Counted from the stretch's first letter, positions 7,798 to 17,203 are shown. The stretch: DNA of 24,000 bases from Paenibacillus alvei (GCA_945881905.1 CAMCVV010000001.1:60983-84982); one strand, 5' to 3'. The notes: generated from the sequence alone by a model not told the origin. A program made the numbers and translations.

Positions 7798-8943
7798 ATG
7801 ACAAATGAAATGATGATCATTACAGCTGTAATCACACTCGTATTAAATGCAATCACCCCTCTATTCATCAATCAAATCACCTTAAAGAAGTATGAATTAA
7901 CGCATTCTGCAGAAAAAGCGTTACACACGATGCAATCCTTGAAGCAGTATCTTCAAATTACATTTCTAGCATTAGGTGCATTTTCATTTACGCATGCGCT
8001 CATTCAATTGTCTGCACATAGTGCTCCAAGCAGGTGGATGTTTTATATCACCATCGTTGTATATAGTGCGATCATCATCGTCTATGGACAGCTTGTTTTT
8101 CATCGAGTTACGAAGAAAATACGACAAACCGAAACCACGTGGAAAGATGAATTTACAAATACGCTCAAAGATTTACTCATCATTTTGATACCTTTGATTA
8201 CCTACAAATTGTTGCGAACATACTTTGCAGGACCAGAGCATGATAATGAGTGGAAAGATTTTGGGGTTTACGTGATATTTCTAATGATTGTACAAATCGT
8301 TTATCCATTTTTAGTGTATGCGCAGTTGAGTGCGAGACCCATACAAGACAAAAAAATTCACAAGTCGATTGTTGCTTTCATGAAGCTACAGCATGAAAGC
8401 CGGATTGGTGTATATGAGTTTCCATCCAAGAAGAGTAAGAATGCTCATGCTTGGGTCAGTGGGATCATCATCAAAAAAATTTTTATTGCGGATTATCTGA
8501 TTGAGAAACTGACCATTGCAGAGTTACATGCTGTGATTGCACATGAAATTGGTCATTGCAAAAAAAACCATCAACTGATCAAATTAGGTTTATTTATCAT
8601 GATCTACCCGATGGTTATGATTTTGAATGAATGTTCGATTCGATTAGAAACATGGATTGGGGGTAGCTTGTCATTTATTTACGGTTTAGGTTTTTTTGTT
8701 TTTTTTCTATTGCTTTATTATGTATATATCTATCAAGCCGTATCTAGAATTCATGAGCACCAAGCTGACCAATATGTGTTGGAAGTTTGTGAGAAGGATG
8801 ATTTGACATCAGCGTTAAACAAACTTACGAAATTGAATAATCATATGACGACGTTTCATAGAATAACTGAAAAGTTTCAGTCGCATCCTTCACTTGAGAA
8901 AAGAATAACGTGGATTGAACAGAACAGCAGTTATTCCAGTTAA
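7798..8943 (+). CDS. polytopic membrane M48-family (Ste24/HtpX-type) zinc metallopeptidase; candidate bacteriocin immunity or maturation factor
   Basis: SD AGAGAGG lies 7 nt before the ATG. About 5 N-terminal TM helices come first. Then HAVIAHEIGHCKKNH (HExxH), two more TM helices, EHQADQYV (third zinc ligand, ExxAD) and SHPSLEKRI (M48 C-terminal motif). The stop lies 10 nt before the ABC transporter start. Confidence 0.8.
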   Translation: MTNEMMIITAVITLVLNAITPLFINQITLKKYELTHSAEKALHTMQSLKQYLQITFLALGAFSFTHALIQLSAHSAPSRWMFYITIVVYSAIIIVYGQLVFHRVTKKIRQTETTWKDEFTNTLKDLLIILIPLITYKLLRTYFAGPEHDNEWKDFGVYVIFLMIVQIVYPFLVYAQLSARPIQDKKIHKSIVAFMKLQHESRIGVYEFPSKKSKNAHAWVSGIIIKKIFIADYLIEKLTIAELHAVIAHEIGHCKKNHQLIKLGLFIMIYPMVMILNECSIRLETWIGGSLSFIYGLGFFVFFLLLYYVYIYQAVSRIHEHQADQYVLEVCEKDDLTSALNKLTKLNNHMTTFHRITEKFQSHPSLEKRITWIEQNSSYSS

Positions 8944-8953
8944 AGGAGGGCAC

Positions 8954-11155
8954 ATGTTTCGTAAGTATCCCTATGTTCAACAACAAGATCGTAAAGACTG
9001 CGGAGCAGCATGTCTTGCTAGCATATGTAAGTACCATGGACTACGTTATCCAATTTCTAGAATCCGGATGATGGCTAACACTGATTTACAAGGAAACAAC
9101 GTGTATGGGCTGCTCCAGGCCGCTCATAAACTTGGATTCACTGCGAAAGGCGTAAAGGGTAGTCCTGAAGATTTCTTTGAACCCTTCCCTTTACCTGCAA
9201 TTGCACATGTACTCATCGATCAATCGCTTCTGCATTATATCGTCATCTATAAAATCACGAAAAAAGAAATATTGATTGCAGATCCTGCCAAAGGGATTAT
9301 GAAATATCGTCCTAAAGATTTCTTCGCGATATGGTCAGGCGTTCTTATTTTGATGACGCCTTCTCCTGTGTTCCAAAAAGGAAATGAGCAACCACACATG
9401 CTTGCTCGTTTTTTTCAATGCATCATTCCACATCGAAAATTATTGGCACATATAGGTATGGCCACTTTACTTTATACGGGTTTAGGTATCGCTGGTGCAT
9501 TTTACTTTAGAGTTATTATCGATGAGATTGTACCTTATCAACTGATGAAGACGTTACATATGATTTCACTAGGTATGGTTGTGCTCACAATATGCAAAGT
9601 GATACTGCAAGCTTTCAGAAACTATCTATTACTATATCTCCATCAAAAACTTGATGTATCTTTGATCCTCGGGTATTACCATCATGTATTGCAATTGCCT
9701 ATGAACTTTTTTGCAACAAGAAAGTCGGGTGAAATCATTTCTCGGTTGCAAGATGCTTTTCATGTGCGGGATGCGATTTCTCAAGTCACCTTAACGATTA
9801 TGTTCGATATCATTATGATTGTAGCGGGAGGGATATTTCTTTTTGCACAAAATTCATATTTGTTTGTTGTTACTTTAATCGTCATACCTTTATATGCGAT
9901 CATCGTGATGGTGTTTCGTAAACCTTTTGAGCATAGAAATCGTATGCATATGGAAAAAAACGAACAATTGACTACATATCTCTTCGAGTCTATAAATGGT
10001 ATCGAAACGCTCAAAGCTTATCATGCAGAAGACCAAAGCACAAGTCAAACCGAATATAAATTCGTTGTTTTGCTGAGAAGTATGTTCAAGCTTGGTTTCA
10101 TTCATCAGCTACAATCATCAATGAAAGGCTTAGTCCAAGCACTCGGAGCCATAGCCATATTATGGATCGGTGCTTATCAAGTCATCCAAGGCGAAATCAC
10201 GATCGGTCAATTGATCACATTTCAAGCGTTGCTGTTTTACTTTCTCGAGCCGATACATAATGTGATTAATTTGCAACCCATCATTCAGACAGCAATCGTG
10301 GCTGCAGATCGCCTCGGAGAAATTCTTCAACTAGAGCAGGAGAAATCTGTGAATGAAGATCAAAAGCTGCAACCGCATAACTTGAAAGGAAACATTGACA
10401 TCGCACATATCGATTTCCGTTATGGAACACGTCAACTCGTATTAAAAAACATTCATCTACAGATTGCAAGCGGAGAGAAAGTTGCGCTTGTAGGAGAAAG
10501 TGGTTCTGGGAAAACAACGTTAATCAAGCTTCTGATGAATTTTTATCATGTAGAAAAAGGAACTATTTCATTTGGGGGATATCCTATTCAAGACATCCAT
10601 GTAGGTGTATTAAGACAAAAAATTGCATATCTTCCTCAAAATCATTTCTTTTTCAGTGGAACGATTCGAGATAATTTATGTTTGGGTATGGACGAGCCTA
10701 TCGCGCTTGAAAGGGTCATTGATGCAGCACGCAAAGCGCAAGCCGACGAATTTATTCATCGATTGCCGATGCGTTATGATACGATACTTGAGGAAAATGC
10801 ATCTAATCTATCAGGTGGACAAAAACAACGATTAGCGATTGCAAGAGCGATTCTAAAAAATCCTGACATTTTGATTATGGATGAGGCCACGAGTAACTTA
10901 GACACGTCGACAGAAAAAGCAATTTCAAGTATGATTCATCAATTTGATCGTATCACCACAATTATCATTGCTCATCGATTAAGTACGATCATGAAGTGTG
11001 ATCGTATCGTTGTCATTGAACAAGGAGAGATTATCGAGATAGGGACTCATCAAGAGTTAGTGAGTAAACAAGGTAAATATCATGAACTTTGGAAGCATCA
11101 ATTTCCGGATATGGATTCAGCTCATGAGGGCATTGGAAAGGTAGAAGCGGTATGA
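8954..11155 (+). CDS. bacteriocin-processing ABC transporter with N-terminal C39 peptidase domain (LagD/ComA/BlpA type)
   Basis: AAGGAGG lies 4 nt before the ATG at 8954. The N-terminus YVQQQDRKDCGAACLASI carries the C39 Gln and catalytic Cys. LLHYIVIY and ILIADP supply the candidate His and Asp. Six TM helices follow, then Walker A GESGSGKTT, signature LSGGQKQR, Walker B ILIMDEATS and H-loop IIAHRL. Confidence 0.93.
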   Translation: MFRKYPYVQQQDRKDCGAACLASICKYHGLRYPISRIRMMANTDLQGNNVYGLLQAAHKLGFTAKGVKGSPEDFFEPFPLPAIAHVLIDQSLLHYIVIYKITKKEILIADPAKGIMKYRPKDFFAIWSGVLILMTPSPVFQKGNEQPHMLARFFQCIIPHRKLLAHIGMATLLYTGLGIAGAFYFRVIIDEIVPYQLMKTLHMISLGMVVLTICKVILQAFRNYLLLYLHQKLDVSLILGYYHHVLQLPMNFFATRKSGEIISRLQDAFHVRDAISQVTLTIMFDIIMIVAGGIFLFAQNSYLFVVTLIVIPLYAIIVMVFRKPFEHRNRMHMEKNEQLTTYLFESINGIETLKAYHAEDQSTSQTEYKFVVLLRSMFKLGFIHQLQSSMKGLVQALGAIAILWIGAYQVIQGEITIGQLITFQALLFYFLEPIHNVINLQPIIQTAIVAADRLGEILQLEQEKSVNEDQKLQPHNLKGNIDIAHIDFRYGTRQLVLKNIHLQIASGEKVALVGESGSGKTTLIKLLMNFYHVEKGTISFGGYPIQDIHVGVLRQKIAYLPQNHFFFSGTIRDNLCLGMDEPIALERVIDAARKAQADEFIHRLPMRYDTILEENASNLSGGQKQRLAIARAILKNPDILIMDEATSNLDTSTEKAISSMIHQFDRITTIIIAHRLSTIMKCDRIVVIEQGEIIEIGTHQELVSKQGKYHELWKHQFPDMDSAHEGIGKVEAV

Positions 11156-12480
11156 ATATTCGATTCAAATCGTTTGAACAAATGACAGATAGTAGAGAAA
11201 TGCTTGAAGCACAAGCACATCCTTGTGTTCTCTTTTTTATCTATATGGGCGGCTTGTTCGTTGTGATTGCGGGGTTATGGAGTTATTTCGCAGAAATCGA
11301 GGATATCGTGAAAGCAGAAGGCATTGTTGAGCTTAATCAACAAGTCGTGACTGTGCGAAATAACATAGCTGGACAAGTTGAGCACATGTATTATTCTCAA
11401 AATCAAGAAGTCTCGCAAGGAGAGCTCCTGCTTAGATTTAATCAACAAGATCTTGAAGTGGAGTTGGAGATGTTGAAAGTTGATTACCACAATATGTATA
11501 CTGAGCTCGAAGCGTTAACCCAATTGATCGCCAATCCAAGATATCTGCATCGCCAAGAAGGGGAAGGCAATTCCAGTTATTTTCGAAGCGTCGAATTTCG
11601 TCTGCAAGCTAACCATCAAGCGGGTGAATATGTGCAAGAAACGCTTCGGAGGTTACACCTTTTAGGGAGTTCTACGAGCCAAGAAGGAAATCCAATATTT
11701 GAAGGTAATCACGAATATCACTATAAATACCAAGATTACCTCTTGAAGAAAAAGAAAATTCAACACCACATCACCCGTATTGAACAAGATCTTCACGCAG
11801 CACTCACCACTTACACACCAATCGAAGAATTCAATCGTATGAATCAACAACGAGAGGAAGCTATCTTAGACTTAGAGACATTTACCAATGGATTCGAACT
11901 TCATCTTCAACAAGAGATCTCCTCAGAAAAGATGAAAATGAAGCAAATTCACTTTGATCGTGAACAGATTTTTGCAGAGATTCAAGCATGGATAAGGGAA
12001 CGCGAACCCCGATTACACGATATACTTAATCGCATCCAACACATTGGACAACAGCAACTCAATCGCGAGCTAAGAGCCTCAACTGCCGGGACAGTTCATG
12101 TATTGAGAGAAACGCATGTAGGGGATTTGTTATCTGTTGGTGAAGAGCTCATTACAATCGTTCCAGCTCATCAAGAAGAATATGAGGTTAGCTTATCGAT
12201 AACTTCGCATCAAGACTATAGGAGAATCAGTCTAGGTAAAACTGTGCAATTTCAGTTTGTAGCGTTGCCGCATCTTACATATAGACAAGCAACAGGAACC
12301 ATTATCAGTAAGCAACGAGGTGTGCTTAAAGCTAGACTGCTCGTTACACCTGATGATCAACGGGAAGGAGGGACGGAAATTAGTTTGCAACAAGGCATGG
12401 TTACACAAGCACGTATTCATATTGGGAATACGCGCATCTGGCATTATGTGTTGGCCAAAATGAATTTACGTGAACCATGA
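11152..12480 (+). CDS. HlyD-family bacteriocin secretion accessory protein (LcnD/ComB-like)
   Basis: ATGA start/stop overlap with the ABC gene. A single N-terminal TM (VLFFIYMGGLFVVIAGLWSYF) is followed by a lipoyl-like hairpin segment (KAEGIVE...GQV...V.QGELLL.F), a long coiled-coil region and a C-terminal beta-barrel-like segment. Confidence 0.85.
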   Translation: MNIRFKSFEQMTDSREMLEAQAHPCVLFFIYMGGLFVVIAGLWSYFAEIEDIVKAEGIVELNQQVVTVRNNIAGQVEHMYYSQNQEVSQGELLLRFNQQDLEVELEMLKVDYHNMYTELEALTQLIANPRYLHRQEGEGNSSYFRSVEFRLQANHQAGEYVQETLRRLHLLGSSTSQEGNPIFEGNHEYHYKYQDYLLKKKKIQHHITRIEQDLHAALTTYTPIEEFNRMNQQREEAILDLETFTNGFELHLQQEISSEKMKMKQIHFDREQIFAEIQAWIREREPRLHDILNRIQHIGQQQLNRELRASTAGTVHVLRETHVGDLLSVGEELITIVPAHQEEYEVSLSITSHQDYRRISLGKTVQFQFVALPHLTYRQATGTIISKQRGVLKARLLVTPDDQREGGTEISLQQGMVTQARIHIGNTRIWHYVLAKMNLREP

Positions 12481-12491
12481 GACAGTTGCGA

Positions 12492-12968
12492 TTAATTTTT
12501 GAAATAAGTTCGTATTTCTTCAATTCGCTTGCGGTTTAAGCCCATGTCTGAATAACCTACGCGAGAAGCTGAACGAAAGTCAATTCGTGCTTGTTCTTTA
12601 TGAATGAGAAACTCCACATCATCCACATAACGAATCCATTGCGTTGTAAACTCAGCGCGAATGTAGTTATCGAATTCTTCCACAATCACAGCATGTGGCA
12701 GGGCAGATAAGATTTCGATGATACGTTGTTTCGGTTCTGTGATCGAAGTAGGAACAGTGATTGGATCCGCATAATGCAAGGTGTCAGTGGGCTCACTATG
12801 AGATGATATGCAGTTAGGCGAAGTTTTGCAAGGCGCTAATTGACCATCTGTGACCCCTGAAGTAGTTCCTGGAGGGAAACTGTTTTGCAGCGTACCGCTT
12901 TTTGCATATAATCGTATGATCACGAATAATACCAAAGCGATCGCGATCAAGATGAGAAGCCATTTCAT
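12492..12968 (-). CDS. DUF1499-family protein with N-terminal membrane anchor
   Basis: ATG at 12968 lies 8 nt after AAGGAGG. MKWLLILIAIALVLFVII is a TM or signal segment. PCKTSPNCISS, YVDDVEF and FRSASRVGYSDMGLNRKRIEEIR match my recollection of the DUF1499 pattern. The 239-aa ORF in the track is an upstream over-extension. Confidence 0.8.
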   Translation of the reverse strand: MKWLLILIAIALVLFVIIRLYAKSGTLQNSFPPGTTSGVTDGQLAPCKTSPNCISSHSEPTDTLHYADPITVPTSITEPKQRIIEILSALPHAVIVEEFDNYIRAEFTTQWIRYVDDVEFLIHKEQARIDFRSASRVGYSDMGLNRKRIEEIRTYFKN

Positions 12969-13053
12969 AGATGTTTCCTCCTTGATTGATTTCGTTTCAT
13001 TATACATATCATAACGTGATATGTAAGTTTTGAAAAGCATACACAATCTGAAC

Positions 13054-13082
13054 TTGCAACAGCAGCAGATGTTGCATATAAT
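13054..13082 (+). promoter_or_regulatory. pheST promoter
   Basis: TTGCAA (13054-13059), 17-nt spacer, perfect TATAAT (13077-13082), positioned just upstream of the T-box leader. Confidence 0.55.
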
Positions 13083-13089
13083 GCAAGTA

Positions 13090-13390
13090 GATACATATAA
13101 AAAATGTGATGATAGAGAAAAGTAAATAGTGCATCTGTACAGGGAGAGAAAACCTAGATTGAGAGTTTTCTCATGGATTAAGGCTATTGAAGTTCGCTCT
13201 TGAACAGTCATTTGAAGAAGTAACGTCTTGCGATTCGTTACTTTAGTAGATGGTACCGGATAATTTCCGTTATGCGAATGAAGTGAGATTAAAATCGCTT
13301 GTTCATATTAGAGGACACAATAAGCATTTTAACTAACAAGGGTGGTAACGCGGCTTTTTCGTCCCTTAAGGGAGAAAGGGTTTTTTATGT
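13090..13390 (+). promoter_or_regulatory. T-box riboswitch leader (Phe specifier) controlling pheS-pheT
   Basis: Elements found in order: GA/K-turn motif (GTGATGA), AGTA box, AGAGA-like box (CAGGGAGAG), F-box CCGTTA (13267-13272) and T-box core AAGGGTGGTAACGCGG (13338-13353). The terminator is CCCTT..AAGGG plus TTTTTT (13362-13386). The candidate specifier UUC at 13193-13195 sits in GAAG-UUC-G just 5' of the stem-closing CUCU. Confidence 0.85.
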
Positions 13391-13437
13391 TATTCTAAAC
13401 CATAAATGAAAGATTCCACACGAAGGAGGGTATTCAA

Positions 13438-14472
13438 GTGAAAGACCGTTTACACGTGATGAAAGAAGAAGCTATGCAAGTGTTAAGTGAAGTGAATAAT
13501 CAACAACAACTAGAGGATATTCGGATTACCTATCTAGGGAAAAAAGGTGCGCTTACAGAGATTCTTCGTGCCATGAGTACGTTAAGTGCAGAAGAACGTC
13601 CTGTCATCGGCCAAGTAGCGAATGAAGTGAGAGCTGCGATCGAAGCTATGATTGAACATAAACAAACAATATTCCAGCAAGAAGAAACCAATCATCGGTT
13701 ACGAGAAGAGAAGATCGATGTGACGCTACCCGGGAGGAGACTCGCTAAAGGAGCGATTCATCCGATTAATAAAATTATCCAAGAAATTGAAGATATCTTT
13801 CTGGGTATGGGGTTTACCATCGCAGAAGGTCCTGAAGTTGAACGTGATTATTATAATTTTGAAGCTTTGAATCTGCCCAAAGAACATCCGGCACGAGACA
13901 TGCAAGATTCTTTTTATATCAATGAAGAAATCCTGCTGCGCACTCACACTTCCCCGGTTCAAGTGAGGACGATGGAGCAGAAGCAAGGGTCAGTACCGAT
14001 CAAGATTATTTCTCCAGGCAAAGTATATCGACGAGATGATGATGACGCAACACACTCCCATCAGTTTACGCAAATCGAAGGTTTAGTGATCGATCGCCAT
14101 GTCCGCATGAGTGATTTGAAAGGGACGTTACTTCAGTTCGTTCGTGAGCTATATGGTGCCGATACACAAATTAGATTAAGACCAAGTTTTTTCCCATTCA
14201 CTGAACCTAGTGCAGAAGTTGATGTTTCTTGTATGATGTGCGGAGGGACAGGTTGCAAAATCTGTAAACATAGCGGTTGGATCGAAATTCTAGGCGGGGG
14301 TATGGTACATCCCAAAGTATTAGAAATGTCGGGTTATGATCCCGAGCAATATCGTGGATTTGCATTTGGTATGGGACCTGAACGTGTCGCGATGCTGAAG
14401 TATGGTATAGAAGATATTCGTCATTTTTATACCAACGATGTACGCTTTTTGAAACAATTTGTTCACCTATAA
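13438..14472 (+). CDS. pheS: phenylalanine--tRNA ligase alpha subunit
   Basis: GTG start follows GAAGGAGGG. Class II aaRS motifs are present: [19 protein letters not shown] and [19 protein letters not shown]. The size is the canonical 344 aa. Confidence 0.97.
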   Translation: MKDRLHVMKEEAMQVLSEVNNQQQLEDIRITYLGKKGALTEILRAMSTLSAEERPVIGQVANEVRAAIEAMIEHKQTIFQQEETNHRLREEKIDVTLPGRRLAKGAIHPINKIIQEIEDIFLGMGFTIAEGPEVERDYYNFEALNLPKEHPARDMQDSFYINEEILLRTHTSPVQVRTMEQKQGSVPIKIISPGKVYRRDDDDATHSHQFTQIEGLVIDRHVRMSDLKGTLLQFVRELYGADTQIRLRPSFFPFTEPSAEVDVSCMMCGGTGCKICKHSGWIEILGGGMVHPKVLEMSGYDPEQYRGFAFGMGPERVAMLKYGIEDIRHFYTNDVRFLKQFVHL

Positions 14473-14512
14473 GTGACAATGGATCATTTTCAAATCAAGG
14501 AGGACGGATGTT

Positions 14513-17011
14513 ATGAAAGTTTCTTATCGATGGTTATCAGAATACGTTGATATCCACGCATATACAGCAGAGCAACTCGCTGAACTATTCACACGGAGCG
14601 GGATTGAAGTAGATACGATAGAGCATCTGAACAAAGGAGTTTCTCAAGTTGTAGTAGGCTTCGTGAAATCTTGTGTCAAACACCCTGAAGCAGATAAGTT
14701 AAGTGTGTGTATCATTGATGTAGGCCAAACGAATGATATACAGATTGTGTGCGGAGCAAAAAATATTGCTGCAGGCCAAAAAGTACCTGTTGCACTTGTA
14801 GGTGCTCAGCTACCCAATGGACTGTTGATTCAGCAAGCACAATTACGTGGGGTTGCATCTCAAGGCATGATTTGTTCAGCTAAAGAATTAGGACTGAATG
14901 AAAAACGATTACCCAAAGAAGCTCAGGAAGGGATATTTATTTTACCTAGAGACACGGAAGTTGGGTTATCTGTACTTGATGTATTAGCGATTGACGACCA
15001 AGTCTTAGTGTTAGATTTGACTCCGAATCGCTCTGATTGTTTGAGTATGATCGGTGTTGCTTATGAGATAGCTGCTATTCTTGATCTAGATATCAAACTT
15101 GCCTATGAAGATATCCAAGTATCCTTCTTGGAGAGTGCACGGCATGATCAGATTTATCGTCAAGGTGGAATAGCAGCGAAAGACCAATTCGAGGTAAACA
15201 TCACTTCCACAGATGCGTGTTCACACTATGCTGTGCAGTTGATTCAAGGAGTCCAGATCAGCGCTTCACCTTTATGGATCCAGAATCGATTAATGGCAGC
15301 TGGCATAAGACCGATTAACAATATTGTAGACATCACGAATATGGTGATGATTGAAATGGGACAGCCTCTACATGCTTTTGATGCAGATCAATTGCACAAT
15401 AGAGTAGTGGATGTTCGTTTCGCGCATGATCATGAGAAGATCGTTACACTCGATGGTGTAGAACGCATCTTAGAGTCCCACATGCTTGTAATTACAGATG
15501 GCATGAATCCGATCGCTCTTGCAGGGGTCATGGGGGGTCTCTATTCTGAAGTGAAGGAACACACAGTGAATGTTTTGTTAGAATCCGCTCACTTTTCAAG
15601 CAGCGTGGTAAGGAAAACTTCACGGCAATTGGGACTGCGTTCAGAAGCGAGTCTTCGTTTCGAAAAAGATGTAAACCGCGAAACCATCCTTGTCGCGTTA
15701 CAACGCGCTGCTTTGCTTATAGCACAATATGGAGGCGGTCAGATCGTTGGTGAGATTGTACAATCGATATCAACACCTATCGTTCCTACTGCGATTACAT
15801 TATTCCTCGATAAAGTGAATACGTATCTAGGAACTGCAATGACCCAAGAGCAAATCGTGCAAATCCTCGATCGCTTGAAATTCACACATGAAGCAATAGA
15901 TACAGCAGGTTTTCTGATCCACATACCCAAACGCCGTGGAGACATAACAAGAGATGTAGACATCATTGAAGAAGTTGCTCGTCTGTATGGCTATGATCGT
16001 ATTCCGACTACACTTATGTCTGGAGTAACTACACCTGGAGCACTATCCAAAGCTCAGCAGGTTCGTAGAATTACGCGTAATGCGATGACACAGAGTGGTC
16101 TTCATGAAGCAATGACATATTCATTGACAGAGCATACTTCATCTGCGTTTGCTCAAGGATTGTATCCATCGGCTGTACCCATTTCACTAGCTATGCCGAT
16201 GAGTGAAGAGCGAAGTATGCTTAGAACGAGTTTGCTTCCGCATTTACTTGAGGTTATTCGCTATAATCGGAATCGCAATATGCACGATGTGGCTTTGTTT
16301 GAAATGGGCAAGGTGTTTGTAACCCATGAATCCGTACTGACGCGGTTACCTGATGAAAAATTACTACTTGCAATCGTTATGACAGGAAATCGCTGTCCAA
16401 CGAACTGGTCACAAAAGTCTGAGCCCGTGGATTTCTATGATGTGAAAGGGATTCTTGACAGCTGGTTACATTATCTAGGGATTACAGGTGTGTCTTTACA
16501 TGCAGCACAATATGAAGACTTTCATCCAGGACGCACAGCTAATATCCATTTGGAGATGCCTGATGCCCAAGAAGGAGATACCAAGCATCAGTTGATCGGG
16601 AGAATGGGTCAGCTACATCCCACATTGCAGCAAAAGTTAGATCTCCAGGACACCTATGTGTTAGAAGTTGAATGTGATCCTCTTATTGCAGCTACTTCAT
16701 CAGCAATTGCTTACAAGTTATTACCTCGTTTCCCTGCGATTGGACGAGATCTTGCAATTGTCGTAGATCGAGCTGTACCTGTAGCAGCAATTGAACAAGA
16801 AATCAAACGAGTCGCTACTGATTATCTCGAATCTATTCACTTGTTCGATATTTTTCAAGGGGAACAAATCGGGTTAACTCGAAAAAGTGTTGCGTATTCG
16901 TTACTATTCAGACATCCTGAACGAACGCTTCAAGATGATGAAGTTTCACGGATTCACCAGGGAATTGTGACTTCATTGCATGAGAAATTTCAAGCTGAGC
17001 TAAGAAAATAG
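14513..17011 (+). CDS. pheT: phenylalanine--tRNA ligase beta subunit
   Basis: MKVSYRWLSEYV N-terminus, tRNA-binding domain (HPEADKLSVC..VCGA.N), B3/4 and B5 domains (DLTPNRSDCLS, PLHAFD, AGVMGG) and a FDX-ACB C-terminal domain. SD AAGGAGG is present. It directly follows pheS. Confidence 0.97.
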   Translation: MKVSYRWLSEYVDIHAYTAEQLAELFTRSGIEVDTIEHLNKGVSQVVVGFVKSCVKHPEADKLSVCIIDVGQTNDIQIVCGAKNIAAGQKVPVALVGAQLPNGLLIQQAQLRGVASQGMICSAKELGLNEKRLPKEAQEGIFILPRDTEVGLSVLDVLAIDDQVLVLDLTPNRSDCLSMIGVAYEIAAILDLDIKLAYEDIQVSFLESARHDQIYRQGGIAAKDQFEVNITSTDACSHYAVQLIQGVQISASPLWIQNRLMAAGIRPINNIVDITNMVMIEMGQPLHAFDADQLHNRVVDVRFAHDHEKIVTLDGVERILESHMLVITDGMNPIALAGVMGGLYSEVKEHTVNVLLESAHFSSSVVRKTSRQLGLRSEASLRFEKDVNRETILVALQRAALLIAQYGGGQIVGEIVQSISTPIVPTAITLFLDKVNTYLGTAMTQEQIVQILDRLKFTHEAIDTAGFLIHIPKRRGDITRDVDIIEEVARLYGYDRIPTTLMSGVTTPGALSKAQQVRRITRNAMTQSGLHEAMTYSLTEHTSSAFAQGLYPSAVPISLAMPMSEERSMLRTSLLPHLLEVIRYNRNRNMHDVALFEMGKVFVTHESVLTRLPDEKLLLAIVMTGNRCPTNWSQKSEPVDFYDVKGILDSWLHYLGITGVSLHAAQYEDFHPGRTANIHLEMPDAQEGDTKHQLIGRMGQLHPTLQQKLDLQDTYVLEVECDPLIAATSSAIAYKLLPRFPAIGRDLAIVVDRAVPVAAIEQEIKRVATDYLESIHLFDIFQGEQIGLTRKSVAYSLLFRHPERTLQDDEVSRIHQGIVTSLHEKFQAELRK

Positions 17012-17040
17012 CTAGCATTAATTATTAACATAAAGAAGGA

Positions 17041-17090
17041 AAAACGTCTGCTCATATCGAATTATTGCGATATGAATAGACGTTTTTTTT
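17041..17090 (+). terminator. rho-independent terminator after pheT
   Basis: AAAACGTCTGCTCATATCG ... CGATATGAATAGACG stem followed by T8. Confidence 0.8.
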
Positions 17091-17203
17091 CGATATACAG
17101 ATACGAGTTAAGGATGACTAACACATATCGATTAACGATAGATGTACTTAAGGATTTTAAATTAATCGGGATACCCCTATATGTTTAAGGAGGTTCATGA
17201 TTC

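Noticed and set aside
8915-8953. Upstream extension of the ABC transporter ORF (track start 8915), overlapping the end of the M48 gene
   Set aside because: The ATG at 8954 has a perfect AAGGAGG 4 nt upstream and begins exactly at the C39 domain. The extension adds 13 non-homologous residues.
12969-13211. N-terminal 81 codons of the 239-aa minus-strand ORF
   Set aside because: It runs antisense through the pheS promoter and T-box Stem I. It is Cys/Ile/Phe-rich nonsense. The DUF1499 homology and a strong SD begin at the internal ATG at 12968.
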